64,000 nt of DNA from an uncultured bacterium (lineage in GTDB: Bacteria; Zixibacteria; MSB-5A5; GN15; FEB-12). Under the pieces are notes generated by a model. That model saw nothing but the letters and a program-made list of their open reading frames with translations. It made no database searches and had not been told where the DNA came from. Numbering within the stretch: position 1 is the stretch's first letter; every line of letters begins with the position of its first letter. The translations under genes and the position numbers were made by a program. Positions 10,034 through 20,268 of this stretch are shown here, piece after piece. Where the stretch lies: NCBI GenBank assembly GCA_965372795.1, contig CBDVDR010000018.1, positions 1-64,000 on the forward strand, written 5' to 3'.

Positions 10034-10558
10034 TTATTTTTTTTCGAGGCAGGAGAGAATCTCGCCAATATACATCCGATGATAATCTTTTTTAGGATAT
10101 TCTTTATCAATTGTAGGATCAATAAACAATTTTGGGTCAAGGTCGTGGTTGTATATTTTTCGGCAATCGAGAACCAGCCTTGCTTCACTAAAATAAACGG
10201 AACCGCTTTCGCTTGAGACAGGGGTCAGTCCGCATTCTTTGGCTTTGTCATAGTCCCGGCCAGATTTTGTGCCGCAAAATTTTAAGGCATCGCGATGTGA
10301 TTCTTCAAAAAATGACATAGTGAAGGAATCATATTTTTCTGTAAAGTCATAAGTATGTCTGGTTGGTCGAACAAACACGAACGCCACTTTCCTGCTCCAA
10401 AGTTCCCCAAGAGAACCCCAGGATGCGGTCATAGTGTTGTAGTTTTCCAGATTACCGGCGGTAACCAAAAACCAATCATCTCTGATCAGTTTTATAAGGT
10501 TATCTTTAATATCACAAGGATCTATTTGGTTGTAATTGTCAGTCATAAATTTCTCCAT
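10034..10558 (-). CDS. Flavin reductase family (split-barrel FMN-binding) protein
   Basis: NTMTASWG, VRPTRHT, CGTKSGRDYDK and YHRMYIGEI motifs. Confidence 0.88.
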   Translation of the reverse strand: MEKFMTDNYNQIDPCDIKDNLIKLIRDDWFLVTAGNLENYNTMTASWGSLGELWSRKVAFVFVRPTRHTYDFTEKYDSFTMSFFEESHRDALKFCGTKSGRDYDKAKECGLTPVSSESGSVYFSEARLVLDCRKIYNHDLDPKLFIDPTIDKEYPKKDYHRMYIGEILSCLEKK

Positions 10559-10716
10559 TTAAATAGTTAATAAAGGGTACGATAAGAATAATTAGGAGTC
10601 AAAATAAATATCAAAAATATTAATTTATTGATTTTATTGACATTTTGTAATAAATTGTCAACCTTTGAAGATTATGTGATCACAATAATTCAGTATTCAA
10701 ACAGTGGAATATTACG

Positions 10717-12390
10717 ATGAGTCAAAATAATTTACGCTATGATATTGCTGACCAGAAGTTAATATATTCCGGTCAGAAAAAATCCATGAAATTTAACCCT
10801 GATCGGGTTTTGGAATTTAATCATCGACATCATGAAGCTTTAAAAAACTACAATCTTTCTCTTGAATCATGCGAAATTTATACGATTGATGATACCATTA
10901 ATCAAAAATCTAATCTTGGGACCTTAAGAAACCGCAGATTAAGACAGTCGGTTATATTATCAGCGGCTTTGTCGGCTGTCGTGGTGGGGTTAAAAGGTCG
11001 GGGAAGTTTGAATGATTATCCCGAAGATGAGCAGACCAATGATCTTGCCAATGAATTAAAACGCACCAATGATAGAAATGCCGCTCAAGTTATGGCTGAG
11101 GTCTTGCAAACCACAACCGAGACTCTTCCGGTTGGAGAAGAGGTAATAATTGAATCGGCAATCACCGAAGGTGTAAGAGTTAAACCCGGCAAAGAAGCCG
11201 GTGGTAATCCTACAATTGCGGTCGGGGCGGTCTTTGGTAAAAAGGAACATCAGGCTCAGTACGGTTTGAAAATGCCCAGCAATGTTTCGCTTTTGACGAT
11301 GGGAAATGATGTCATTGACGGGACGACTAAATCTGTTAAAGGCTTGCATTCATCGTTAACTGCTCTATTTGTTACCGAAGCACATATGAAACGTCATCTT
11401 CCGGATATCTATGTTCAGCGCTGGATGGGTGGTGCTTATTTTGAAGAGTTTAACCCTCGTGAAGCAACTGAAATTGAGGCGGCGGAAATTATTTCAAAAT
11501 CTTACGGTTATTCTTCAGTCGAAAAACTAAGCGCCTTTTTCCTTGACCGACCAAGGCATTATCCGGCTATGGATCAGTTAAATAAAGCAGGGATTGCTAC
11601 TCCTTATGATAAAGATGGCGATCTGATTCCGGCAGTTGTGTTGGGAATGAAGGATTTAAAATTTCCTGATGGAAGAGGCATATCATCAATGATCGGTGAA
11701 ATTGGCGGTTCGGCTGAATGGGCGGTCGGGGTTCTACCATTAATCTGGCGCGGGGGACAGGCGATAGGTATGCTGACCAGTCAATCTTCACTGACGCGGC
11801 CGGATTTAACTCCTGAGCAAAAATGGAATGAGCGTTTCCATTTTAATGAAGAAGAATTTATGCTTATTCAGGATGCCCGGTTTGAACGAAAACCGTATTT
11901 TACTATTTCTGATATTTTAGATAATCCTTTTGCCGGAGGTATTGCAGCCTTTGGTGGAATTACAGATAATTATCATATGCCGCTTATGCATGGGGTAAAA
12001 ATAGATTCAGCTACAAACACAATTAAGGTCGCCGTTCTGGTTGTTAATTCCCTCGGGATTGTCGAGGTCTGGCAAATGGTTGTTAAATGTGATAATTCAA
12101 TTGAAGAATCTATGAATCTTTTGCTTTCACCTAAAAATGAAATTGAAAATCTTGACGGGGATGATCTCGAAAAGAAAGTCGCATCGTATTTGGAAGACCC
12201 ACGGCTGCGGCAAAGATATCGTATCTTTTTCAACAATGAATACTATCCAGCCTTGATTCCTGTAAGGGATAAAATGGTAATGCTTCACAAAGCAGTAGAG
12301 AGTCTGATAGATCGTGGGGCATTAAATAACGTTGACAGAGCTATTATTGAGGCAACGGAACGTCATGCCAGTGAGTGGTTTGCTTACTAA
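10717..12390 (+). CDS. glpX: Divergent, extended class II fructose-1,6-bisphosphatase (GlpX-like)
   Basis: DVIDGT (cf. DPLEGT), PDIY, LDRPRH, DGD, IGGSAE and GITD motifs in GlpX order; extra N- and C-terminal sequence. Confidence 0.7.
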   Translation: MSQNNLRYDIADQKLIYSGQKKSMKFNPDRVLEFNHRHHEALKNYNLSLESCEIYTIDDTINQKSNLGTLRNRRLRQSVILSAALSAVVVGLKGRGSLNDYPEDEQTNDLANELKRTNDRNAAQVMAEVLQTTTETLPVGEEVIIESAITEGVRVKPGKEAGGNPTIAVGAVFGKKEHQAQYGLKMPSNVSLLTMGNDVIDGTTKSVKGLHSSLTALFVTEAHMKRHLPDIYVQRWMGGAYFEEFNPREATEIEAAEIISKSYGYSSVEKLSAFFLDRPRHYPAMDQLNKAGIATPYDKDGDLIPAVVLGMKDLKFPDGRGISSMIGEIGGSAEWAVGVLPLIWRGGQAIGMLTSQSSLTRPDLTPEQKWNERFHFNEEEFMLIQDARFERKPYFTISDILDNPFAGGIAAFGGITDNYHMPLMHGVKIDSATNTIKVAVLVVNSLGIVEVWQMVVKCDNSIEESMNLLLSPKNEIENLDGDDLEKKVASYLEDPRLRQRYRIFFNNEYYPALIPVRDKMVMLHKAVESLIDRGALNNVDRAIIEATERHASEWFAY

Positions 12391-13229
12391 AAGCGAAGTG
12401 TCAGTTTAAATGCAGGATTGATGAAATAAGTAGGTTCGTGATTTTTCTCATATTTAACAAATGAGGAAAACAGCTCTGACATAAGGTGCCCTGCCACTGC
12501 TCCAACAATAACATCAGAAATATAATGTTTATATGCCCTGACACGACTAAGTCCGACATAGGAACTCCATCCAAAAAGAATAGTTGGCGACAGCCACCGA
12601 TATTTTCGATATCTTAAAGCCGACATCTCAGATCGCATAATAGCCCGGGTTCTTTTGTTTAGAAAACTTGAGGCATAAAAAGCTCCGGAAGTATGGAAAC
12701 TGAAAAATGAACGGTGGTCGAAACCATAATCTATATTTGATCGTTTTGTGGCAAGTTCGGGATAAAAGCGGGGGAAGGGTCTTTCCCGGGCAATCAGCCC
12801 TTTAAAAATATCAGTCAACCCTTTAGTCGCTGCTAACCCGGTTCCAAATAGAAAGATGTCCTGAAGAGTTCTGTTCCCTTTATCATTAGATTCCCAGCCC
12901 ATATCAGCTGTGACAAGTAATAATCCACATATTATCGGTGTGATGGAAGCTCCAAGAGTATCATCAAGAAAATTCTTTTGTCCAATGGTATAATCTCCGG
13001 CAATTAGTTTCTGTATTTTTTTTTCAAAGGGGAGAGGACCGGGTAAAATAGAGTGACGGGACAAATCAATTTTTCTGATTAAGGTGCCCGACAGATAAGT
13101 TGCTATTGTTCCAGCAGAGATTAGAATTATATCTTCCTGTGATAATTCATGTTCCGCTTCTGTTGTAGATGGAATAAGTGCCATCATTAAAACAAAACAA
13201 ATTAGAAAATTGTAAATTCTTATTTTCAA
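12387..13229 (-). CDS. PAP2 family phosphatase
   Basis: KGLIARERP, SFFSFHT and SRVRAYKHYISDV motifs; signal peptide. Confidence 0.85.
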   Translation of the reverse strand: MKIRIYNFLICFVLMMALIPSTTEAEHELSQEDIILISAGTIATYLSGTLIRKIDLSRHSILPGPLPFEKKIQKLIAGDYTIGQKNFLDDTLGASITPIICGLLLVTADMGWESNDKGNRTLQDIFLFGTGLAATKGLTDIFKGLIARERPFPRFYPELATKRSNIDYGFDHRSFFSFHTSGAFYASSFLNKRTRAIMRSEMSALRYRKYRWLSPTILFGWSSYVGLSRVRAYKHYISDVIVGAVAGHLMSELFSSFVKYEKNHEPTYFINPAFKLTLRF

Positions 13230-13463
13230 TTTCAGGTAACTTTATCTGAATATGTTTATTTTCATTAAGTGATAAATATTTATAAAAAAATCAAAAAAGG
13301 CAACCTTAACTTATACCTCACGTAAACAAACTCAAATGAGAGTTCTAAATATAATAACATTTTGCAACAATTATAGAATATGGCTGTCACTTATAACTAA
13401 GTAGGCATAAGCTATAATAATTGCTGAATTTATATATGAAGATAAAAAAACTTAGGAGATATC

Positions 13464-14804
13464 ATGAAAAAGCGTTCCAGGAAATTTCTATTATTTGGAT
13501 CGATTGCTGTAATTTTGGTTGTTGCAGTATCGTTATCAATATTTAACAACGAAGACGAAGCTACAATTGTCCAAGCCGATTTAGTCCTTAATGATGATAT
13601 TTTTGAAGTAGTAACAGCTTCCGGAAGAGTTCAGCCACAATCAAAAGTCGATGTGACTTCGGAAGTTTCCGCCCAAATTATCGGGCTGGAAGTTCAAGAA
13701 GGTGATTTTGTTATAAAAGGACAACCACTGGTACAACTGGATACAGTGCAGCTTAATGCCGATGTTGCTCAGGCAAGATATCAGCTTGATGAAATTATTG
13801 CGCGGACCGAAGCCGCTCGCAGTTCATTTGTGAAAAATGAAAAAGATTTTAAAAGGCAGCAAAAGCTTTACGGTCAAAAACTGATTTCGGAAACTATTTT
13901 TACTGATGCTACATATCTTTTTGAAAGTTCAAAAGCGAATCATGAAGCAATGCAAGCCCAAATGAAAACTGGTCAAGCCCGTCTTGATAAAGTTACCGAC
14001 AACCTTAGTAAAACAAAAATCACAGCTCCGATGGATGGAGTTATTACATATTTGAACTGCGAAAAAGGTGAGATCGCTCAGGCTCAAACTGCTTATACTC
14101 AGGGCAGAAAACTGATGACTGTTTCTGATTTGTCAGTTTTTGAGGTTGAAGTTGAGGTCGATGAGACCGAGATCGCTCATGTTCGTAATGGTCAAATTGC
14201 TAAAATAAAAGTTGATGCTTTCAGGGATACTTTATTTGAAGGCACCGTTATTGAGATCGGAAATTCAGCTTCAATTATAGGTGAAGGCACAGAAAATTTT
14301 TCTACCAATTTCAGAGTCAAGGTACGTTTCAATGATAGCAATGTTGAGATTCGTCCGGGCATGTCAGCCTCGGTGGATATTACTACAAATGAATCATTGA
14401 ATGCCACTTTAATTCCTTATGCGGCTGTGGTAACACGAAAATTTGATAAGGACTCGCTTGAAGCCAGGGAAAAAGTAGAAGCGGAACAGAACTCCGGCGA
14501 GGTTCATGCCGCTGAGATCAAGGATGATGATACAGTCCAAAACGATATAGTTGAAGATAAACCAAACAAGTTCAAAAAATCTAAAAAGATCAAAAAGACC
14601 GGGGTGTTTGTGATTCGCGGTGGGAAGGCAGAGTTTATTGAAGTCAAGACCGGTATTGCAGACGAACGTAATATAGAGATCCTTGAGGGGTTAATTCCCG
14701 GTGATTCGGTAATTTCAGGATCATATAAGACGTTGAGAGCTTTGTCGATTGGTGATGAAGTTACGCCTGATGAAACCTATGCTGAAAATAAACTTGATAA
14801 CTAA
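13464..14804 (+). CDS. MacA-like periplasmic adaptor (membrane fusion protein)
   Basis: N-terminal TM, ASGRVQP, coiled coil, ITAPMDG and RPGMSASV motifs. Confidence 0.92.
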   Translation: MKKRSRKFLLFGSIAVILVVAVSLSIFNNEDEATIVQADLVLNDDIFEVVTASGRVQPQSKVDVTSEVSAQIIGLEVQEGDFVIKGQPLVQLDTVQLNADVAQARYQLDEIIARTEAARSSFVKNEKDFKRQQKLYGQKLISETIFTDATYLFESSKANHEAMQAQMKTGQARLDKVTDNLSKTKITAPMDGVITYLNCEKGEIAQAQTAYTQGRKLMTVSDLSVFEVEVEVDETEIAHVRNGQIAKIKVDAFRDTLFEGTVIEIGNSASIIGEGTENFSTNFRVKVRFNDSNVEIRPGMSASVDITTNESLNATLIPYAAVVTRKFDKDSLEAREKVEAEQNSGEVHAAEIKDDDTVQNDIVEDKPNKFKKSKKIKKTGVFVIRGGKAEFIEVKTGIADERNIEILEGLIPGDSVISGSYKTLRALSIGDEVTPDETYAENKLDN

Positions 14805-14825
14805 TCGGATTACCGGAGTAATAGT

Positions 14826-16052
14826 TTGAGTAAAATACTAGGTATACTGACAGAGTCTTTTTCAGCCCTCTGGGCAAACAGACTGCGGTCTTTTTTAACG
14901 GTTTTAGGAATGGTTATGGGTGTGACTTCGGTAATTGCTATCGTTTCAACGGTCGAGGGGATGCAGATGAATATGGAAGACTCCCTTTCCAATTTAGGTC
15001 CAAAAACTTTTATCGTGACCCGGTTTGGATTTGCGATGTCTATGTCAGAATATCTAGAACGGATGAAACGGAAAAAACTTGTCCGAGGATTAATAACTGT
15101 CATTGAAGATGGCTGTCCTGATTGTGAAGAGGTTGGCGCGGAAGGATATTCATATGATCATCTTAAATATGGATCGGAAAGATTAAATTGGGTAAGTATT
15201 GAGGGGAATACGCCCAATATGCTTGATATAAAAGATCAGGATGTGATGCTTGGAAGATATTTCAGCTGGGAAGATGATCAACGCCGGAAGCAGGTTGCCT
15301 ATATCGGATTTAAGGTGTATGAGAAATTTTTTGAGAATGAAAATCCGATAGGTGAAAAGCTCAAAATCGGAGCCAGAGAATTTACAGTAATCGGAGTTGC
15401 CAAAAAAATGGACGGTGCCATGGTAAGGGGTTTTGATGAGACCGTTTATTTGCCTCTTTCAACTTTCCAGAAATTATATAAGCAACCGGGCAGTCCGGTT
15501 AATCTGATAATCAAATCCGGTTCTTTGGCAACCAGAGAACGGGCGATTGATCAGGTAAGAGTGGTGCTTCGTTCGGCACGAGCGGTGCCTTATGAACAGG
15601 ATGATGATTTTACAATTATGACTCCTGATGCGATTTTGAGTTTTGTAAATGACATCACCCGCGGTTTTAGAATTCTTATGATATCGCTTCCGCTTCTATC
15701 AATTGTTATTGGCGGGATCGTGATAATGAATATTATGATGATTTCTGTCACCGAACGCACCCGCGAAATCGGCATTAGAAAATCAATCGGTGCCAGCAGT
15801 AAGAATATTATGTTTCAGTTTTTATATGAGTCGATAATTTTGTCATTGATCGGTGGTTTTATCGGAATTCTGTTCGGAGTCTCACTTGGGAAAACGATTT
15901 TAAGTTCGTTGATGGATATATATCAGGCTCCGACAACATTAGGGATTATCATCGGATTTGGGATTTCAAGCGGGGTCGGTTTATTCTTTGGTATTTATCC
16001 CGCTTTAAAAGCAGCGCGACTTGATCCAATAAGGGCACTAAGTTATGAGTAA
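14826..16052 (+). CDS. MacB/FtsX-like ABC transporter permease
   Basis: NRLRSFLTVLG, MNIMMISVTERTREIGIRKSIGA and PALKAARLDPIRAL motifs; TTG start with GGAG RBS. Confidence 0.93.
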   Translation: MSKILGILTESFSALWANRLRSFLTVLGMVMGVTSVIAIVSTVEGMQMNMEDSLSNLGPKTFIVTRFGFAMSMSEYLERMKRKKLVRGLITVIEDGCPDCEEVGAEGYSYDHLKYGSERLNWVSIEGNTPNMLDIKDQDVMLGRYFSWEDDQRRKQVAYIGFKVYEKFFENENPIGEKLKIGAREFTVIGVAKKMDGAMVRGFDETVYLPLSTFQKLYKQPGSPVNLIIKSGSLATRERAIDQVRVVLRSARAVPYEQDDDFTIMTPDAILSFVNDITRGFRILMISLPLLSIVIGGIVIMNIMMISVTERTREIGIRKSIGASSKNIMFQFLYESIILSLIGGFIGILFGVSLGKTILSSLMDIYQAPTTLGIIIGFGISSGVGLFFGIYPALKAARLDPIRALSYE

Positions 16053-17298
16053 TTCAATGTTTATTATGGCTGAGATTAAGGAAGGCGTGAAACTTGCCTT
16101 CAGTGCCGTAAGAGCCAATAAATTCAGAAGTATAATGACCATTATTGGTGTAACCATCGGGGTTGGGGCTGTGATATTGGTTAATACAATTATGGATGGT
16201 TTTACGACTTACGCTGAATCTTCAATTGAAAAAATCGGTAAGAATGTTATCTATGTTTCTAAGTGGGATGATAATACAGATTTTGACAATTTGACCGAAG
16301 AGCAAAGACGGCGTAAAAATATAACGATGGATGAAGTGTATGCAATTCAAAAGTTTTGTCCATTAGTTGAGGCGGTTTCTCCAGAGAAAAAAGCCAGAAA
16401 TAATATTGCCAAATATAAAGATCGTTCTATTCGTAATCCTGATGATTTTCGAGGATGCTGGCCCGATCAGGCAATTGTTACCAACCGCGATATGGCGTTT
16501 GGTCGATTCATCGATGAAAATGATTTGGAGCGGAGTGCAATGGTTTGTGTGATCGGTCCTGATGTTGCCGATGCTCTGTTTGATGAACAGGCAGAAGCGA
16601 TTGGTAAGGAGATCAGGATTAATGGATATAAATTCTCCGTTATCGGGGTACAGGAACATATCGAAGATTTATTCGGAATCAGTGAAAATGATTTCCTGTA
16701 TATTCCCATGACAACTTTTGAAAAATTGTATCCGAATGTTGAACGAGTTTATTTGCTTGCCAGTGTGGTTTCAAAAAAACATATGGGTGAGGCTGTGGAT
16801 CAGGTTGTGAATGCCTTGAGGAAAGTTAGAAAAGTACGTTTTGATGAAGAGAATAATTTTGCAATAGATACCCAGGAAATGTTCAAAAAACAGGTTCGTG
16901 AGATTACGATGAATGTTCAACTTGGGGCGACCGCGGTAGCATCTATTGGTCTTTTAGTAGGGGTAATCGGAGTAATGAATATTATGCTGGTTTCCGTTAC
17001 CCAAAGAACCCGTGAAATAGGAATTCGTAAGGCGATTGGCGCCAAACGATCTAATATACTTTTTCAGTTTTTGATTGAAGCAATAACTTTGACCGGAATG
17101 GGAGGGATTGTCGGAGTTGTATTCGGCGCTCTCTTGGGGTTACTGGTGACAACTTTGCTTGAATGGCAATACCAGTTATCATTGTTCTGGATTATAATTA
17201 GTTTGGCGATGTCGGTCGGAACCGGAATTGTTGCCGGGATGTATCCGGCATGGAAAGCCGCCAAAGTTGATCCGATTGTTGCTTTGCAGTACGAGTAA
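16045..17298 (+). CDS. MacB/FtsX-like ABC transporter permease (second)
   Basis: NKFRSIMTIIG, VMNIMLVSVTQRTREIGIRKAIGA and PAWKAAKVDPIVALQYE motifs. Confidence 0.93.
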   Translation: MSNSMFIMAEIKEGVKLAFSAVRANKFRSIMTIIGVTIGVGAVILVNTIMDGFTTYAESSIEKIGKNVIYVSKWDDNTDFDNLTEEQRRRKNITMDEVYAIQKFCPLVEAVSPEKKARNNIAKYKDRSIRNPDDFRGCWPDQAIVTNRDMAFGRFIDENDLERSAMVCVIGPDVADALFDEQAEAIGKEIRINGYKFSVIGVQEHIEDLFGISENDFLYIPMTTFEKLYPNVERVYLLASVVSKKHMGEAVDQVVNALRKVRKVRFDEENNFAIDTQEMFKKQVREITMNVQLGATAVASIGLLVGVIGVMNIMLVSVTQRTREIGIRKAIGAKRSNILFQFLIEAITLTGMGGIVGVVFGALLGLLVTTLLEWQYQLSLFWIIISLAMSVGTGIVAGMYPAWKAAKVDPIVALQYE

Positions 17299-17317
17299 TA
17301 TTTAAAATAAGATAATT

Positions 17318-17348
17318 AAAAGGCATCATTTAACGATGCCTTTTTTTT
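17318..17348. terminator. Bidirectional intrinsic terminator
   Basis: AAAAGGCATC-atttaac-GATGCCTTTTTTTT between convergent genes. Confidence 0.88.
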
Positions 17349-17357
17349 GTTTCTATA

Positions 17358-20117
17358 CTATTTAGGACAAACGTGACATGGGACCGGAGGAGTGGCGCCA
17401 GGTGTAAACATGTAATCTACAAAATAGGTCAAATCAGAGATACCCAATGTACAGTCACCGTTATTGTCAAATTCTTCATAACAGATTGGTCCGGGTGAAC
17501 CCGGGACAAACATGTAGTCTACAAAATAGGTCAAGTCAGAAATTCCTACGGTGCCATCATTATTGGCATCGCCGGGTAAATCACAGCAACCATCTGTTAC
17601 TCCACCGGTAATCACGAAAGATAAATCAAGCGATTCTATAAATGAAGGTGGTTCAAAAAGCTCAGTCCATTCCGCTGGGCTGGGTTCACCCTGATCCATT
17701 CTTGAACTACCCTGAGTTGTCCCTGATAAATCTTGGAGGATACTACCCGGAGCACCGGTGAAATCGATTATGTATGTAATATCAAAAAAGCTTTCTACAT
17801 AAAACGTGCCATCGCCTAAATCAGTAGCAGTGGCATCACCCGGGCAAGGCAGTCCAAAGCCTGTACCGGCGCCAATAAATAGATCTAGAAAATCTGGATC
17901 ACCATTTATACCTCCAGACATTTGATAGAGATCAATGGGGAAGTTTTGTATCGGATCTCCGGGATTGCGTGGTCCACTATGCATTTCACAACTGACCGGA
18001 ACAATAATATTTCGAGTAAGTCCTGTAAGTGATCCGGTACCGGTCATGGTCATGTAAATATTTGCATTAAAGAAATGTTGTTCGCCACCTAATGAACCGC
18101 CCGGATTTGAATTTAATCCAGAATAATCAGTCATAACAGCATCAATCAAAATTTCAGTTCCCGGAGGTAACCCATCAATTATAGCTAAAGGATCTGCAGA
18201 GTCGGAAGTATATTCACAATCAGCTGGAATATTTATCGTTCCGGTTCCATTATCAGGAGCTACACAAGCAGCCTCGATTGATTTAATCCCGGATGTCTCA
18301 TTCTGTAGGAATCTTGAGGTTTGCGTAGTAGACCCCATCATTCCATCTAGGATTGAACCGGGAGCTCCTTCATAATGAATTTCATAGCTAATATCAAAGA
18401 AACTATCAAATTGCCAATTGCCATCAGGTAGAGATATCAAAGTGATCTGTCCGAGGCTGGGTAATCCGTAATCTGTTCCACCATTAAGACCGAGTAAACT
18501 AAAATCAGGATCGCCGAAAACAGAACCTGATATTTGCTTTAAGTCGGTAGCAAAGATTTGTATCGGGTCTCCAGGAGTTCTTGGTGCAGTGTGATAGACC
18601 ATTGTTATTGGCATAAATAGAGTTCTGACGAAGCCGGTTAAGGCTCCTGTTCCGGTCATTGGCATTTGCATCGTGGCTTCAAATTCAATTATTTCACCAC
18701 CCAAATCTCCCCCCGGAGTTATATTCACATTTATAAAGTCTGTGATTGAAGCATCAATATCAATTATTGTTCCTGCAGGAAAACCTTCAATGATTTCCAT
18801 TGTTTCACCATCTCCAAGAATATATGGGCATGATCCGGGAAGATCGATAGTGCCTGAACCATTATCTGGTTCCGTGCATACAGGTGGATCAGATATTCCC
18901 CAAACAGCATCATCATTCCAATGATTTATTGAGGACTTCCAACCCCATTTTGAATCCTCAAATAATGGATCGAGGTTTGCAGAAATAACAAGCCAGTAAG
19001 TGTGGCCAAACTCTTGAGAGAACCATTTATCTTCAGGGAGATAGATGTCATATTGAAAATATTGATTATGGTCATTTTCTTGAAAGGAACCCAAATAAGA
19101 ATCATACCATCCTTCAGTTGAACCCGGATTTATTTCAAGGAGATTATATTCTGATATGTCATTTTCCCAGAGCATTTCACCGGGATGGCTGTAGGGGAGA
19201 TCAGTTCCTGCTGGAACATCATTATAAATCTTGATATTGAAACTGGTGACATAACCAGTATATCCATTTTTCCACGAACCCCAAAAATGAATATCTTTCA
19301 CATATTCTGTTGTACTTGCTAGCCAGTCATCACCAAGTTTTATCGGATAGGTAGCATTGACATCCCAGCCTGTTTCATCTGGGAATTGGGGGGCATGCAT
19401 AATGTGTCCATCATCGGGCTCCCAGTGATCGCCACCAATAAATTGCTCACCTTGATGTAAATGCAATTTATCAGGAGTTGTTCCCATTAAACCTGAGAGG
19501 ATTGATCCCGGTGAACCAGCAAAGTCAATTTCATAAATTATGTCAAAGAAGCTTTCAACATTAAAGTTTCCATCTCCTAAATCAGATAAAGTAGTTTCTC
19601 CCGGACTGAGTAAACCGAAATTGACTCCAAATCTTATTTCTAAAACATCAAAATCAGGATCGCCGAATATTGTGCCCTGTAATTGAACTATATCAGTTTG
19701 AAATAGCTGTACAGGGTCGCCCGGAGTTCGAGGTCCAGCATGAAGTTCACAAATTACTGGCATTATAATAAAACGGTTGAACCCGGTCAAAGCACCGGTT
19801 CCAGTAATGTTTAATTCAAGATTAGCATTAAAATAAGTAATCCCACCGCCCAGATTTCCACCGGGAGCAACGTAGATGGCGGAATAATCGGTAATTGTTG
19901 GATCCAATTCGATAGTTGTACCGGGTGGTAATCCATTTATTATATTAAAGGGATCACCAGGTGCAATATAATTGCAATTAGCAGGGAGATCTACAGTACC
20001 AGATCCATTGTCGGGAGCGGTGCAGATTTCTGCTGTTAGAAGTACAGGCATAAAGAAAAATAAAATGAAAAACAAAGAGCCTGTTTTTAATAAATAATTA
20101 GAGAATTTGTTAAACAT
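17358..20117 (-). CDS. Secreted acidic multi-domain protein: three ~190-aa repeats, one central beta domain, dockerin-like tail
   Basis: Signal peptide; three C(T/V)xPDNGxGT...GDPDF...SFFDI repeats; C-terminal CC..PGDANNDG..ISDLTYFVDYMF duplicated motif. Confidence 0.85.
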   Translation of the reverse strand: MFNKFSNYLLKTGSLFFILFFFMPVLLTAEICTAPDNGSGTVDLPANCNYIAPGDPFNIINGLPPGTTIELDPTITDYSAIYVAPGGNLGGGITYFNANLELNITGTGALTGFNRFIIMPVICELHAGPRTPGDPVQLFQTDIVQLQGTIFGDPDFDVLEIRFGVNFGLLSPGETTLSDLGDGNFNVESFFDIIYEIDFAGSPGSILSGLMGTTPDKLHLHQGEQFIGGDHWEPDDGHIMHAPQFPDETGWDVNATYPIKLGDDWLASTTEYVKDIHFWGSWKNGYTGYVTSFNIKIYNDVPAGTDLPYSHPGEMLWENDISEYNLLEINPGSTEGWYDSYLGSFQENDHNQYFQYDIYLPEDKWFSQEFGHTYWLVISANLDPLFEDSKWGWKSSINHWNDDAVWGISDPPVCTEPDNGSGTIDLPGSCPYILGDGETMEIIEGFPAGTIIDIDASITDFINVNITPGGDLGGEIIEFEATMQMPMTGTGALTGFVRTLFMPITMVYHTAPRTPGDPIQIFATDLKQISGSVFGDPDFSLLGLNGGTDYGLPSLGQITLISLPDGNWQFDSFFDISYEIHYEGAPGSILDGMMGSTTQTSRFLQNETSGIKSIEAACVAPDNGTGTINIPADCEYTSDSADPLAIIDGLPPGTEILIDAVMTDYSGLNSNPGGSLGGEQHFFNANIYMTMTGTGSLTGLTRNIIVPVSCEMHSGPRNPGDPIQNFPIDLYQMSGGINGDPDFLDLFIGAGTGFGLPCPGDATATDLGDGTFYVESFFDITYIIDFTGAPGSILQDLSGTTQGSSRMDQGEPSPAEWTELFEPPSFIESLDLSFVITGGVTDGCCDLPGDANNDGTVGISDLTYFVDYMFVPGSPGPICYEEFDNNGDCTLGISDLTYFVDYMFTPGATPPVPCHVCPK

Positions 20118-20225
20118 AATTACCTCTATCGTTTATGTGTATATAACTCTAAAAATATGTATTGCAAAATTTAGAATAAATTTGTTAGAAAGATCATTGA
20201 TGATTTCTTGATAATGTATATTAGG

Positions 20226-20254
20226 ATGGTAATAAAATGAACTTGAAATGTCAA
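20226..20254 (-). promoter_or_regulatory. Sigma70-type promoter of the 20117 gene
   Basis: TTGACA-N17-TACCAT on the minus strand. Confidence 0.6.
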
Positions 20255-20268
20255 GAAATTAATGGAAG

